Below, in pieces: positions 55,403 to 64,000 of a stretch of DNA of 64,000 nt; the stretch's first letter is position 1, and every line of letters begins with the position of its first letter. Source of the stretch: Bacilli bacterium (lineage in GTDB: Bacteria; Bacillota_I; Bacilli_A; ML615J-28; CAG-313); the NCBI GenBank assembly GCA_017409905.1, contig JAFQRV010000007.1, positions 28,346-92,345 of the forward strand, written 5' to 3'. The position numbers and the translations under genes are program-made. Below the pieces are notes generated by a model. It ran no database searches and was not told the origin of the DNA. It worked only from the letters and a program-made list of their open reading frames with translations.

Positions 55403-56984
55403 TATTTTTAAGTTAACTCAAGTTTATTTTAAAAATTTTATTGGTTCTCTTATTAAAAACAATAAAAATCCAAAGTTCTATATTGGTATCTTAATATGCG
55501 TATTTTTATCTTTGTTTATCACATTAACTTTTACTTTTAACTCAATATCTTCAACTATGATATTTGTTGAATATGCAAATAAAGGTGTTGTTAATGCTGA
55601 ACATATGGCTATGTATGTAAACTGTACTATGGCTATTTTGATGCTTTTGTTTGTTACAATTATGAGAAGCGTTATGCCTAGTAAAAGCTCGGATAATGAT
55701 TCGTTGCTATCAATGCCAATTACTAAAATGGAAATTACTATTGCAAAATCTCTTTATAATTATGTAATAGATTTTGTATTATTCGTATCAATTTTACTGC
55801 CTAGTTTTATTGTATATGTAGTGATGGTTAAAAATGCTTCATGGCTTATTGTAGTAAGAGGTATGATTTTAGTGTTAATGTTGCCACTTTTATCTAATGG
55901 TTTAGCAACTTTTATTGGTATATTGACGCAAAAAATAGCAACTAAAATGAAAAATTATTCAATTGTTCAGACAATTATTATTATAATTTTAACTGGTGGA
56001 TACTTAGTTGCGAATTTTAGTATTCAAGGTTATTTAACTAATTTAGTTGGAACAGTTGATGAAATTAAAAATAAAATATGGCTTTTAAAAGTTTTATTAG
56101 AGTTTATTTTAGAAGGTAAAATTATTGGCTATTCCTTGATCGGATTACTAATTATATCGGTATATGTACTAGGTCTAATTGTTACAAAAAAACAATTAGG
56201 CAAATTAGATATTAAAGATGCCCATAAAAAGTCTAAAATTTATTATAAACTAAATAGCCCTTTTAAGAGTATGGTAAAGAAAGAAATTAAACAATATTTT
56301 AATACTCCAACTCTTGTAATAAATACTATTTTAGGCGGTGTTATTTATTTTGGAATGTGTGTCGGTTTTTGTATTTTGGGACCGAATAAAATTATGTCAT
56401 TTATGCAAACAGTTCCTCTTGAAATTGAAATATCAATTGATGCTGTCTTAATTATGATTTTAACTTTAATAATTTCATTATTTAATATAACAGGTACATC
56501 TATTTCTTTAGAAGGAAAAACTTTTTGGATTATTAAAACAACTCCTTTAAGTCATCTTACTATTTGTTTTTCTAAAGTAGCCGCAAATTTGGTCTTAACT
56601 GGTATTACATGTTTAATTAGTTATCCATTTGTCTTAAGCTTTATTGATTTACAATACTTCTGGGGATTTTTGTTAATCCCATTTGTTAGTACTATAGTAT
56701 CTTCAACTATGGGGATAATTATTAATTTAAATTTCCCTAAAATGGAATGGGATAAAGAAGAAGTGGTTGTTAAAACATCTTTATCGGCTTTACTTTCGTT
56801 CTTTTTACCGATTTTATTTATTGCTTTACCATATTTAATTTATATTGTTGAAATATCTAAATATTGTAATTTACATGTATTTATGCTTGTGAATTTAATG
56901 TATCTAATAGTATTAATTATGATAATGGTTTTATGGATTAATACAAAAGGGAAAAAGATGTTAGATAAAGTAATGAATAGTTAA
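55395..56984 (+). CDS. multi-pass ABC exporter permease (ABC-2 / putative-exporter type)
   Basis: 529 aa, about 12 hydrophobic helices. Overlaps the ATPase gene by 8 nt. Confidence 0.6.
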   Translation: MYNIFKLTQVYFKNFIGSLIKNNKNPKFYIGILICVFLSLFITLTFTFNSISSTMIFVEYANKGVVNAEHMAMYVNCTMAILMLLFVTIMRSVMPSKSSDNDSLLSMPITKMEITIAKSLYNYVIDFVLFVSILLPSFIVYVVMVKNASWLIVVRGMILVLMLPLLSNGLATFIGILTQKIATKMKNYSIVQTIIIIILTGGYLVANFSIQGYLTNLVGTVDEIKNKIWLLKVLLEFILEGKIIGYSLIGLLIISVYVLGLIVTKKQLGKLDIKDAHKKSKIYYKLNSPFKSMVKKEIKQYFNTPTLVINTILGGVIYFGMCVGFCILGPNKIMSFMQTVPLEIEISIDAVLIMILTLIISLFNITGTSISLEGKTFWIIKTTPLSHLTICFSKVAANLVLTGITCLISYPFVLSFIDLQYFWGFLLIPFVSTIVSSTMGIIINLNFPKMEWDKEEVVVKTSLSALLSFFLPILFIALPYLIYIVEISKYCNLHVFMLVNLMYLIVLIMIMVLWINTKGKKMLDKVMNS

Positions 56985-57010
56985 AAAGAATGCTATATGC
57001 ATTCTTTTTT
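56983..57010 (+). terminator. intrinsic terminator
   Basis: Stem AAGAATGC / GCATTCTT, loop TATAT, then TTTT. Confidence 0.75.
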
Positions 57011-57032
57011 ATTTTTGTGTAACAATATTATT

Positions 57033-57785
57033 ATGAGAGAAATAATTGTAAAATTTAAAAAGATAATTAAAGAATATCATATAAGTGTTTTGGTTGCTTC
57101 AAATACATTTTATTTAATATTATTAATAATCCCTTTAAAACAAGTTGGTTATATAGATGATTTTAGTATTACTAATATTATAGATATTTTTGGATTGGGA
57201 ATAATTTTTTTAATAAATATTATGTTTGTGGCTAGTAAATACTTGCATAGTTTAAGAATGACTTCTGACTTGATATATGAAGAAATTCCTTTAAGGAAGA
57301 GCTTTAAAGAAAGGTTGAAAACTTTTCTTTTGGTAATATGCTTATTGTTATTTGTTATAAGTTTATTAATTATTAGCTTTGGTTTAGTTAAATTATGGGT
57401 GAATGTTATTGGGAGCATGAATTATATGATTTTAAAAGTAATAGAATATATAGTATCTTTTTCTATTATTTTATTAGTTGGAATGATAATATTTAAGTAT
57501 ACTTTACCTATTTTTGTGGAGTTAAGCGATGCATTAAAAATGAGCCTTGTTTTGGCTTTAATATGGGTTTTTTTCTCAACAATATATCAATTAATCACTA
57601 ATTTACTTAAAAATATCATATTTAATAATATAATAAATGAAACTATTCTATTAATATATTTCTTATATTCACTTAATTATATAATAATATTGTCATTCAT
57701 TTATTATTATATAAAAATAAAGAATAAACAAAAAAATATGAATAAAATAGGCAATTTTGGATTAAAATATAATGAACACTATTAG
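57033..57785 (+). CDS. YihY/BrkB-like multi-pass membrane protein
   Basis: Start placed after the terminator, but no clear SD is present. ISVLVASNTFYLILLIIPL resembles the YihY N-terminal motif. Six hydrophobic helices. Confidence 0.4.
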   Translation: MREIIVKFKKIIKEYHISVLVASNTFYLILLIIPLKQVGYIDDFSITNIIDIFGLGIIFLINIMFVASKYLHSLRMTSDLIYEEIPLRKSFKERLKTFLLVICLLLFVISLLIISFGLVKLWVNVIGSMNYMILKVIEYIVSFSIILLVGMIIFKYTLPIFVELSDALKMSLVLALIWVFFSTIYQLITNLLKNIIFNNIINETILLIYFLYSLNYIIILSFIYYYIKIKNKQKNMNKIGNFGLKYNEHY

Positions 57786-57798
57786 AAAGGTTGAAAAT

Positions 57799-58554
57799 AT
57801 GAAGGAAGATAAAAATAGACAACTTTGGATAAAAATTTTATTCATAGTGTTCATTGCTGTTTTACTTTTGATAACATTACCGTCTAAGCTAGTTAAAGCC
57901 AGTGGATGGGGGTATTCAAAAAATGATGAACATAATATCCCACAAATTGGTAAATATGCAGAAATGATTGAGGGAAATGATGCATATTATGTCGGAAGTG
58001 GTAAAACAATTTATTTGACTTTTGATGCTGGATATGACAATGGCGTTTTACCTGATATTCTAAAGGTTTTGCGGGAAAAAAAGGTGGCAGCAACATTCTT
58101 TGTCACAGGTGATTTTGTAAATCGATTTACTCCTTTATTGCATGAAATTATTAATGACGGTCATTTAGTTGGTAATCATTCATATGGACATTTGCCAAAT
58201 GATCAAATTTCTACAAGTAAAATGATGGATGAGATACACAGATTAGAAAACGTATATTTTGAAAAAACAAATAGTGTTCTGGCAAAAATATACAGACCAC
58301 CAGAAGGGCGTTTTACTTTAGAAACTTTAAAAACTTTAAAAGAAAATGGATATAAAACATTTTTTTGGAGTATAGCTCATGTTGATTGGAAAGAAGGAAC
58401 TAGTAACTCTTACGATTCTGTTATAAATAATTTGCATGATGGTGCGATAATTCTATTGCATTCTGTTTCAAGAAGTAATGCTGATGATTTGGGAAGAATA
58501 ATTGATGAGATAAGAAGTAAGGGATACGAATTTAAATTAGTGACAGAGATATAA
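57799..58554 (+). CDS. pdaA: polysaccharide deacetylase, PdaA-like (delta-lactam-biosynthetic de-N-acetylase type)
   Basis: N-terminal anchor, then GWGYSKN...IYLTFDAGYDNG...ATFFVTGDF...GNHSYGH...YRPPEGRF...FFWSIAHVDW...LLHSVSRSNA. This is closely collinear with B. subtilis PdaA as I recall it. Confidence 0.7.
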   Translation: MKEDKNRQLWIKILFIVFIAVLLLITLPSKLVKASGWGYSKNDEHNIPQIGKYAEMIEGNDAYYVGSGKTIYLTFDAGYDNGVLPDILKVLREKKVAATFFVTGDFVNRFTPLLHEIINDGHLVGNHSYGHLPNDQISTSKMMDEIHRLENVYFEKTNSVLAKIYRPPEGRFTLETLKTLKENGYKTFFWSIAHVDWKEGTSNSYDSVINNLHDGAIILLHSVSRSNADDLGRIIDEIRSKGYEFKLVTEI

Positions 58555-58558
58555 TTGA

Positions 58559-58596
58559 AGGTACTAAATACTATTAGTGTTTAGTGCCCTTTTTTT
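58559..58596 (+). terminator. intrinsic terminator
   Basis: 12-bp stem GGTACTAAATAC / GTGTTTAGTGCC (two G-U pairs), then T8. Confidence 0.8.
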
Positions 58597-58634
58597 TAAG
58601 AAATATGGTATAATAATCAATGAGGAAAAAGAAT

Positions 58635-60002
58635 ATGGCAAATTCATTAGTAAAAAATCAAGAAATATTATTAACAATTAAAAGAATAGGTATTAATGGT
58701 GAAGGAATAGGTTATTACAAAAGACTGGCAATTTTTGTTGATGGAGTATTGCCTGGTGAAGAAATTGTTACTAGAATTACGGAAGTCCATGATCAATATG
58801 CAAAAGGGGTTTTTGTTAAATTTAAAGGTGAAAAATCTTTAGAAAGAGTAGAGCCTAAATGCCCTTATTTTGGTAATTGTGGAGGTTGCGACTTACAACA
58901 CTGTAATTATGAATACCAATTAAGAATTAAAAAAGAATTAGTTGTGGAAGCATTTAGCAAATACTACAATAAAGAGTTAAATCCGAAATTATTTAAAGAT
59001 ACGATTGGAATGGAAAACCCATGGCATTATCGTAATAAAGTAAAATTACCTGTACGTTTTGATGGGGAAAAATTAGTTACTGGTTTATATCAAGAAAATT
59101 CTAACAGATTAGTTTATATTGAGGAATGTTTAATTGAAAAAGAAGACATTAGAAAAGCGGTAAAACAAATTTGTGAAGTTTTAACAAGATTCCAAGTAAT
59201 TGCATATAATCCAAAAACAAAAGAAGGGGTTTTAAGACACATTGTTGTTAGAAGTTCTACTTTTAGTAATGAAATGCAAGTAACTCTTATATTATATAAA
59301 GAAGATAAGAGAACTATAAAGATTGCGAGAGATTTGATTAAAATTCCACATGTTGAAAGTGTATATTACAGTATAAATGATGATTTAGAAGCTATAGAAA
59401 ACTTTGGTGAAAAAAATGTTTTAATTATTGGTAAGGAAACAATTCAAGAAAGAATTGGTGAACTTAAGTTTCGACTTTTACCAACTTCATTTTTCCAATT
59501 AAATTTAAAGCAAACAGAAAAATTGTATAATACTGTTTTAAAACTTGGAAAGTTTAGAGGGACAGAAAGAGTATTAGATGGCTATTGTGGCGTAGGAACT
59601 ATAGGATTATGGGTGGCAAGAAGTGTTTTGGATGTAAGAGGAATCGATAATAATAAGCAAGCTATAGTTAATGCTAATCATAATGCAGAAGAAAATGGCA
59701 TTGAAAATGCAAAATTCTATTTTGGTAACTTACTACCACATTTATATCAATTTGCAGATAAAGGTTGGGAACCTGATGTTTTAATAGTTGATCCGCCAAG
59801 AACAGGAATGGATATTAATCTATTACATTATTTACAGAAGAATCCTGTAAAAAAAATTATTTATGTATCTTGTAATCCGGCTACACTTGCCAAAAATTGT
59901 AATCATTTAAGTGCGAAATACCACATTTTACAAATACAACCACTTGATATGTTCCCACAAACAAGTGCAGTAGAAACTGTCGTTGTTTTAGAAAGAAAAT
60001 AA
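58635..60002 (+). CDS. rlmCD: 23S rRNA (uracil-C5)-methyltransferase, RlmCD/RumA family (TRAM plus Fe-S plus MTase)
   Basis: TRAM domain (ILLTIKRIGINGEGIGY), cluster cysteines CPYFGNCGGCDLQHC, FFQLN, DGYCGVGTIG, VDPPRTG, YVSCNPATLA. Confidence 0.82.
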   Translation: MANSLVKNQEILLTIKRIGINGEGIGYYKRLAIFVDGVLPGEEIVTRITEVHDQYAKGVFVKFKGEKSLERVEPKCPYFGNCGGCDLQHCNYEYQLRIKKELVVEAFSKYYNKELNPKLFKDTIGMENPWHYRNKVKLPVRFDGEKLVTGLYQENSNRLVYIEECLIEKEDIRKAVKQICEVLTRFQVIAYNPKTKEGVLRHIVVRSSTFSNEMQVTLILYKEDKRTIKIARDLIKIPHVESVYYSINDDLEAIENFGEKNVLIIGKETIQERIGELKFRLLPTSFFQLNLKQTEKLYNTVLKLGKFRGTERVLDGYCGVGTIGLWVARSVLDVRGIDNNKQAIVNANHNAEENGIENAKFYFGNLLPHLYQFADKGWEPDVLIVDPPRTGMDINLLHYLQKNPVKKIIYVSCNPATLAKNCNHLSAKYHILQIQPLDMFPQTSAVETVVVLERK

Positions 60003-60029
60003 AAAAAGAAGGCTTTTTGCCTTCTTTTT
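60001..60029. terminator. bidirectional intrinsic terminator
   Basis: A7, stem AGAAGGC / GCCTTCT, then TTTT. Confidence 0.85.
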
Positions 60030-61218
60030 AGTTTGTATAATTATCGAAATAACCTTGAATTAAGATAATAGGTGTGCCTTTATCTCCACTACCTGATGTT
60101 AAATCACATAATGAACCAATTAAGTCGGTTAATTGTCTAGGGGTAGTTCCTTGGGAAACCATTTGACCATATAGATTATCATCTTTAGTTTTAATATATT
60201 CTTTAATGGCAGATTTTAATGCTTCGCCTGATAAATCTTTAAAATCATTATCTGCTAAGTATTTTAATTTTACTTCATTTGGTTGGCCGATTAAACCACT
60301 AGTAAAGAAAGGAGCAACAACTGGGTCTGCTAATTCCCATATTTTTCCTACTGGATCTTTAAAAGCCCCATCTCCATAAACCATAACCTCAACTAACTTA
60401 TTTGTTTGTTGGTATATTTTAGCTTGAATTTCTTCAACAATTGATTGGCCATCTCTTGGAAAAAGCTTAATTTTTTCTTCTGTTGCTTTATTACTACCTA
60501 AAAGTCCATATTGTTCATTATAGCCGCTATTATTAATAGAAGAAGTCATGATATCATCAAGACCGTAAACTAATTTTGCGCCGGCTTCTTTTAATAATCT
60601 TTTACTTCTAATACGAGAGTGAATATCACAACATAAAACAGAATCTGTGTAATTTAGGATTGTACGAACATCATTTGCAAATATAATTTCAACTTCACAG
60701 TTTTCGCTAGTTATTAAATTGTGATAATATTCAACATAGTCTACACCAGTAAAATGATGTTTTTGATAACCAAATAATTCACGATATTTAGCTTCTGTTA
60801 AAACATCGCTCCATGGATTAACTTTCTTTTCATCTAATTGATCTAAAGAAATTAAATGATTACCTACTTCATCAGAAGGATAACTAAGCATTAAAACTAT
60901 TTTTTTGGCTCCTCTAGCAATTCCTTTTAAACAAATAGAAAAACGGTTTCTACTTAAAATAGGAAAAACTACACCTATAGTTCCTTCGGGGAATTTATTT
61001 TTAATATCTTTAGCGATGTCATCGATTGTACAATAGTTACCTTGTGCACGCGCTACAACTGCTTCAGTGATTCCGATTACATCTTTTGTACGAATTTCAA
61101 AGTTTTCACTTTTAGCAGCATTTAAAACACTGTCAACAACGATTTGACAAATGTCATCACCTTCTCTAATGATAGGGGCTCTGACTCCTCTTGATACAGT
61201 TCCAATTAATCTTTCCAT
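60028..61218 (-). CDS. F420-0:gamma-glutamyl ligase (CofE)-family protein, long ~396-aa form
   Basis: ATG 61218 after AAGAGG. PIIREGDDI near the N-terminus, GLLGSN, VMVYGDGAFKDP, C-terminal LCDLTSGSGDKGTPIILIQGY. These parallel CofE motifs as I recall them. Confidence 0.6.
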   Translation of the reverse strand: MERLIGTVSRGVRAPIIREGDDICQIVVDSVLNAAKSENFEIRTKDVIGITEAVVARAQGNYCTIDDIAKDIKNKFPEGTIGVVFPILSRNRFSICLKGIARGAKKIVLMLSYPSDEVGNHLISLDQLDEKKVNPWSDVLTEAKYRELFGYQKHHFTGVDYVEYYHNLITSENCEVEIIFANDVRTILNYTDSVLCCDIHSRIRSKRLLKEAGAKLVYGLDDIMTSSINNSGYNEQYGLLGSNKATEEKIKLFPRDGQSIVEEIQAKIYQQTNKLVEVMVYGDGAFKDPVGKIWELADPVVAPFFTSGLIGQPNEVKLKYLADNDFKDLSGEALKSAIKEYIKTKDDNLYGQMVSQGTTPRQLTDLIGSLCDLTSGSGDKGTPIILIQGYFDNYTN

Positions 61219-61352
61219 AATATTGCCTCTTTTCAAAAAAAATTTACAACATATTATACTACAAAAACTTAAAAAAGTATATAAAAAATTAAAATTTTTA
61301 TTAAAAATATTTTTTTTACTAAAATATGATATAATATATCAGAGGTGAAATG

Positions 61353-62003
61353 ATGAATTTTAAAGTTTTATTAAAAGGAATTATGGCTGGGATATGTATC
61401 TCTCTTGGAGGGTGGCTATTTATTACTTGCCGTGCAAATCTAGAAAATGGATTATTGATTGGTTCATTGTTTTTTACAATTGGTTTAATGTTGATATGTA
61501 ATTTCGATTATTTTCTATATACTGGTAGAATTTGTTTTTTATTTGTGAAAGAAGAGAAAAACATAAAAACTAAAATAATTGAATTATTAATAGGCTTGGT
61601 AGGCAATTTTATAGGTTGCTTACTAATGGGACTTATATTAGGCTTAGTGAGTGAAGAATCCAATGAAATGGTAAAATATATTATTGTTTCAATTTCAAAG
61701 ACAAAAGCTGAAAATAGTATTTTAAAGATTTTGATAACTTCATTCTTTTGTGGAATTTTTGTCTTCTTGGCTGTCAAAGGATTTAAAACATTTGAAAATG
61801 TCATTTTAAAACATTTAGCGGTTTTAATATGTATTTCTTGCTTTATATTGGCTGGATTTGAACATTGTGTTGCAAATATGTTTTATATGGTTATTGCTGG
61901 GGCATTTGACAGTGCAACAATAATCAATTTATTATTATGTATTGTTGGAAATAGTTTGGGTGGATTATTCTTACCGATGATTAATTCTATAGTGAAAAAA
62001 TAA
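61353..62003 (+). CDS. formate/nitrite transporter (FNT) family channel, short form
   Basis: LAGFEHCVANMFY (the FNT His motif) and six hydrophobic helices. Start is 61353, 5 nt after GAGGTG, or 61350. Confidence 0.7.
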   Translation: MNFKVLLKGIMAGICISLGGWLFITCRANLENGLLIGSLFFTIGLMLICNFDYFLYTGRICFLFVKEEKNIKTKIIELLIGLVGNFIGCLLMGLILGLVSEESNEMVKYIIVSISKTKAENSILKILITSFFCGIFVFLAVKGFKTFENVILKHLAVLICISCFILAGFEHCVANMFYMVIAGAFDSATIINLLLCIVGNSLGGLFLPMINSIVKK

Positions 62004-62017
62004 AAAAATCTTAATAG

Positions 62018-62046
62018 TTGCACAAAAAGGAAAAACAATGTATAAT
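62018..62046 (+). promoter_or_regulatory. promoter of the aminopeptidase gene
   Basis: TTGCAC, 17 nt, TATAAT. Confidence 0.6.
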
Positions 62047-62072
62047 TGTAGTTATTAAAAGGAGGTATTAAT

Positions 62073-63440
62073 ATGTATAGTAAAAACATTTGGTTAGAAG
62101 CCAATGAAGAAAAAGTAAATAAAATAATGGAATTTAATGAAGGTTATAAAAAATATATTTCTCTTGGTAAAACTGAAAGAGTTTGCGTTGAATTATCGGT
62201 GGAAATTGCCGAACAACATGGTTATAAAAATTTAAAACAAGCTACTTCAATTAAACCTGGTGATAAATTTTATCTAGTTAATTTAAATAAAAATATCGTA
62301 TTATTTAATGTTGGTAAAAGACCAATTAATGAAGGTATGAGGGTTTTAGGAGCACACATTGATTCTCCAAGACTAGATGTTAAACAAAATCCTCTTTATG
62401 AAAGTAAAGATTTTGCATTATTAGATACTCATTATTACGGTGGAGTTAAAAAATATCAATGGGTTACAATACCACTAGCTATTTATGGTGTTGTAGTTAA
62501 GAAAAATGGAGAATCAATCAAAGTTGCTATTGGTGACAATGAAAATGATCCTGTTGTTGGTATTAGCGACTTATTAATTCACTTATCTGGCGATCAACTT
62601 CAAAAACCTGCTGGAAGAGTAATTGAAGGTGAAGATTTAGATGTCACACTTGGTTCTATGCCAATTCAAGACAAAGAAGCCAAAGAAGCTGTAAAAGCTA
62701 ATATTTTGAAAATACTAAAGGAAAAATACGCTTTTGAAGAAGAAGATTTCTTATCAGCTGAATTAGAAATAGTTCCTGCTGGACCGGCTAGAGATTATGG
62801 ATTAGATAGAAGTATGGTTGCTGGTTATGGACATGATGATAGAGTATGCGCTTATACATCATTAATGGCAGTGATTGATACAGAAGAACCTGAATATACT
62901 ACTTGTTGTATTTTGGTTGATAAAGAAGAAATTGGTTCTGTAGGTGCAACTGGTGCTCAATCAGTATTCTTTGAAAATGCAATTTTAAGATTATTAGCTT
63001 TAAGCGGAAAAGATTCATTAATGGCTTTAAGAGAAACTTTAGAAAATACTAGAATGTTATCAAGTGATGTAAGTGCTGGATTTGATCCATTATTTGCTGG
63101 CGTTAATGATCCTAAAAATGCTGCATATTTAGGAAGAGGTATAGTATTTAACAAATATACTGGTTCTAGAGGAAAGAGCGGATCAAATGATGCAAATCCT
63201 GAATATTTTGCTTGGGTTAGAGAAGCTATGGATTCTAATAATGTTCATTTCCAAACTGCTGAATTAGGTAAAGTAGACCAAGGTGGAGGCGGAACAATCG
63301 CTTATATCTTAGGTAATTATAATATGAATGTTGTTGATGCTGGTGTTGCAGTGCTTAATATGCATGCTCCGATGGAAGTAGTATCTAAAGCGGACGTTTA
63401 TGAAGCATATTTAGCATATAAGGCATTTTTAACTAAATAA
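62073..63440 (+). CDS. M18-family aminopeptidase (aminopeptidase 1 type)
   Basis: GAHIDSPRLD, GYGHDDRVCAY, VDKEEIGSVGATGA, NMHAPMEV. Confidence 0.8.
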   Translation: MYSKNIWLEANEEKVNKIMEFNEGYKKYISLGKTERVCVELSVEIAEQHGYKNLKQATSIKPGDKFYLVNLNKNIVLFNVGKRPINEGMRVLGAHIDSPRLDVKQNPLYESKDFALLDTHYYGGVKKYQWVTIPLAIYGVVVKKNGESIKVAIGDNENDPVVGISDLLIHLSGDQLQKPAGRVIEGEDLDVTLGSMPIQDKEAKEAVKANILKILKEKYAFEEEDFLSAELEIVPAGPARDYGLDRSMVAGYGHDDRVCAYTSLMAVIDTEEPEYTTCCILVDKEEIGSVGATGAQSVFFENAILRLLALSGKDSLMALRETLENTRMLSSDVSAGFDPLFAGVNDPKNAAYLGRGIVFNKYTGSRGKSGSNDANPEYFAWVREAMDSNNVHFQTAELGKVDQGGGGTIAYILGNYNMNVVDAGVAVLNMHAPMEVVSKADVYEAYLAYKAFLTK

Positions 63441-63444
63441 TAAA

Positions 63445-63472
63445 TAAAAAAACCACATTAGTGGTTTTTTTT
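63445..63472 (+). terminator. intrinsic terminator
   Basis: A7, stem AACCAC / GTGGTT, loop ATTA, then T8. Confidence 0.85.
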
Positions 63473-63550
63473 ATTTAACGGATTTTTCCTATTTGTACTA
63501 TTGTAATTGTTGTTTTTATTTATTTAAAATATACTAAATATGGTGGTATA

Positions 63551-64000
63551 ATGCAATATTTAATAATTTGTTTGGGTGTTATAATGATATGTTCTTCCTT
63601 AGGATCTATATTTCCTTTTATATATAATAAGGAAATAAACTATAAACTTAACCAATTTATTGGTGGATTTGCATCGGGTGTGATGCTAGCTGCAGCCATT
63701 TGGTCGTTATTAGTACCTGCTTTTGAAATGGACAAAAGTGGAATAATGGTAATAGTATCTTTTATTATTGGTGTATTGATTATTATCTTGATAGATATAA
63801 TAACAATAAAAAGTCACAATGAAAGTGATTATGTAAATAAAATATATTTTGTGGTAACGGCACATAATGTTCCAGAAGGAATGATTGTTGGACTCGCCGT
63901 AGCGATAGGAATGACTGAACAAAATTTTGAAAATGCGATTTTAATAGCTATAGCAATTGGACTGCAAAATATTCCTGAAAGTATAGCTTTAAGTTCAATG
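63551..64000 (+). CDS. ZIP-family (ZupT-like) metal transporter, 3'-truncated by the window edge
   Basis: Not in the ORF track because no stop falls inside the window. Hand translation from ATG 63551 is open to position 64000: MQYLIICLGVIM...GGFASGVMLAAAIWSLLVPA...VVTAHNVPEGMIVGLAV...IAIGLQNIPESIALSSM (HNxPEG and QNIPE motifs). Confidence 0.7.
   Translation, partial: MQYLIICLGVIMICSSLGSIFPFIYNKEINYKLNQFIGGFASGVMLAAAIWSLLVPAFEMDKSGIMVIVSFIIGVLIIILIDIITIKSHNESDYVNKIYFVVTAHNVPEGMIVGLAVAIGMTEQNFENAILIAIAIGLQNIPESIALSSM

Noticed and set aside
63473-63550. Zur box upstream of the ZIP transporter
   Set aside because: TTGTACTATTGTAATTG is AT-rich but not a convincing palindrome of the TCGTAAT-N-ATTACGA type.
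28737-63922. Shadow ORFs in the second half (28737-28982, 31266-31544, 32833-33030, 33213-33410, 34099-34299, 35499-35702, 40314-40553, 41402-41838, 46664-47026, 48094-48282, 48836-49284, 52778-52993, 57149-57418, 57893-58096, 61151-61348, 61508-62104, 62957-63154, 63710-63922)
   Set aside because: Same reasoning. They are embedded in or antisense to well-supported genes and lack ribosome-binding sites.
1-64000. Mollicutes-type genetic code (TGA read as Trp)
   Set aside because: The AT-richness raised the possibility. However, all conserved proteins (RpoB, RpoC, MetRS, AdhE, NrdD) are full-length under the standard code. Trp is encoded by TGG, and TGA terminates ORFs at 77-79 and 50470-50472.
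1-64000. CRISPR arrays, rRNA genes, prophage or integrase genes, and toxin-antitoxin pairs
   Set aside because: I saw no regularly spaced direct repeats, no rRNA-like sequence, no tyrosine or serine recombinase, and no small adjacent ORF pairs with TA-like features. The IS3 element is the only mobile element.

Overview
This window is a low-GC Bacillota (Firmicutes) chromosomal segment that uses the standard genetic code: TGA acts as a stop and full-length RpoB and RpoC are read. Almost all genes are on the + strand.

Core region, about 2.2-26 kb. This is housekeeping sequence with strikingly Bacillus-like synteny:
- a tRNA-uridine modification cluster (trmR plus two U32 genes), then greA, mtnN, metG, rplM and rpsI;
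- cysS-mrnC-rlmB-sigH-like-rpmG-secE-nusG-rplKAJL-methyltransferase-rpoB-rpoC.
- Recognisable promoters, intrinsic terminators and candidate ribosomal-protein leader RNAs (L13, L1, L10) accompany these genes.

Metabolic and accessory region, about 26-64 kb:
- two isolated minus-strand tRNAs, Arg-TCT and Lys-CTT;
- an anaerobic module: nrdD carrying a C-terminal thioredoxin-fold domain, a TrxR-like flavoprotein without the NADPH arginine motif, adhE, and nrdG on the opposite strand;
- a glycerate kinase-GNAT fusion;
- a MacB/FtsX-type ABC operon that ends in a 1143-aa membrane-anchored protein of no recognisable family. This is my best candidate for an undescribed system;
- a Crp-family regulator facing an ABC importer that lacks an ATPase, with a perfect-arm palindrome at about -41.5;
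- a lipoprotein 5'-nucleotidase;
- an intact IS3-family element with an A7G -1 frameshift site, inserted between convergent genes;
- a CotF-like pair of small genes, one absent from the ORF track;
- nagA, an ABC-2 exporter cluster, a PdaA-like deacetylase, rlmCD, a 396-aa CofE-like protein, a short FNT channel, an M18 aminopeptidase and a truncated ZIP transporter.

No CRISPR array, rRNA gene or prophage was seen. All family assignments come from reading motifs and synteny by eye. No database search was run.
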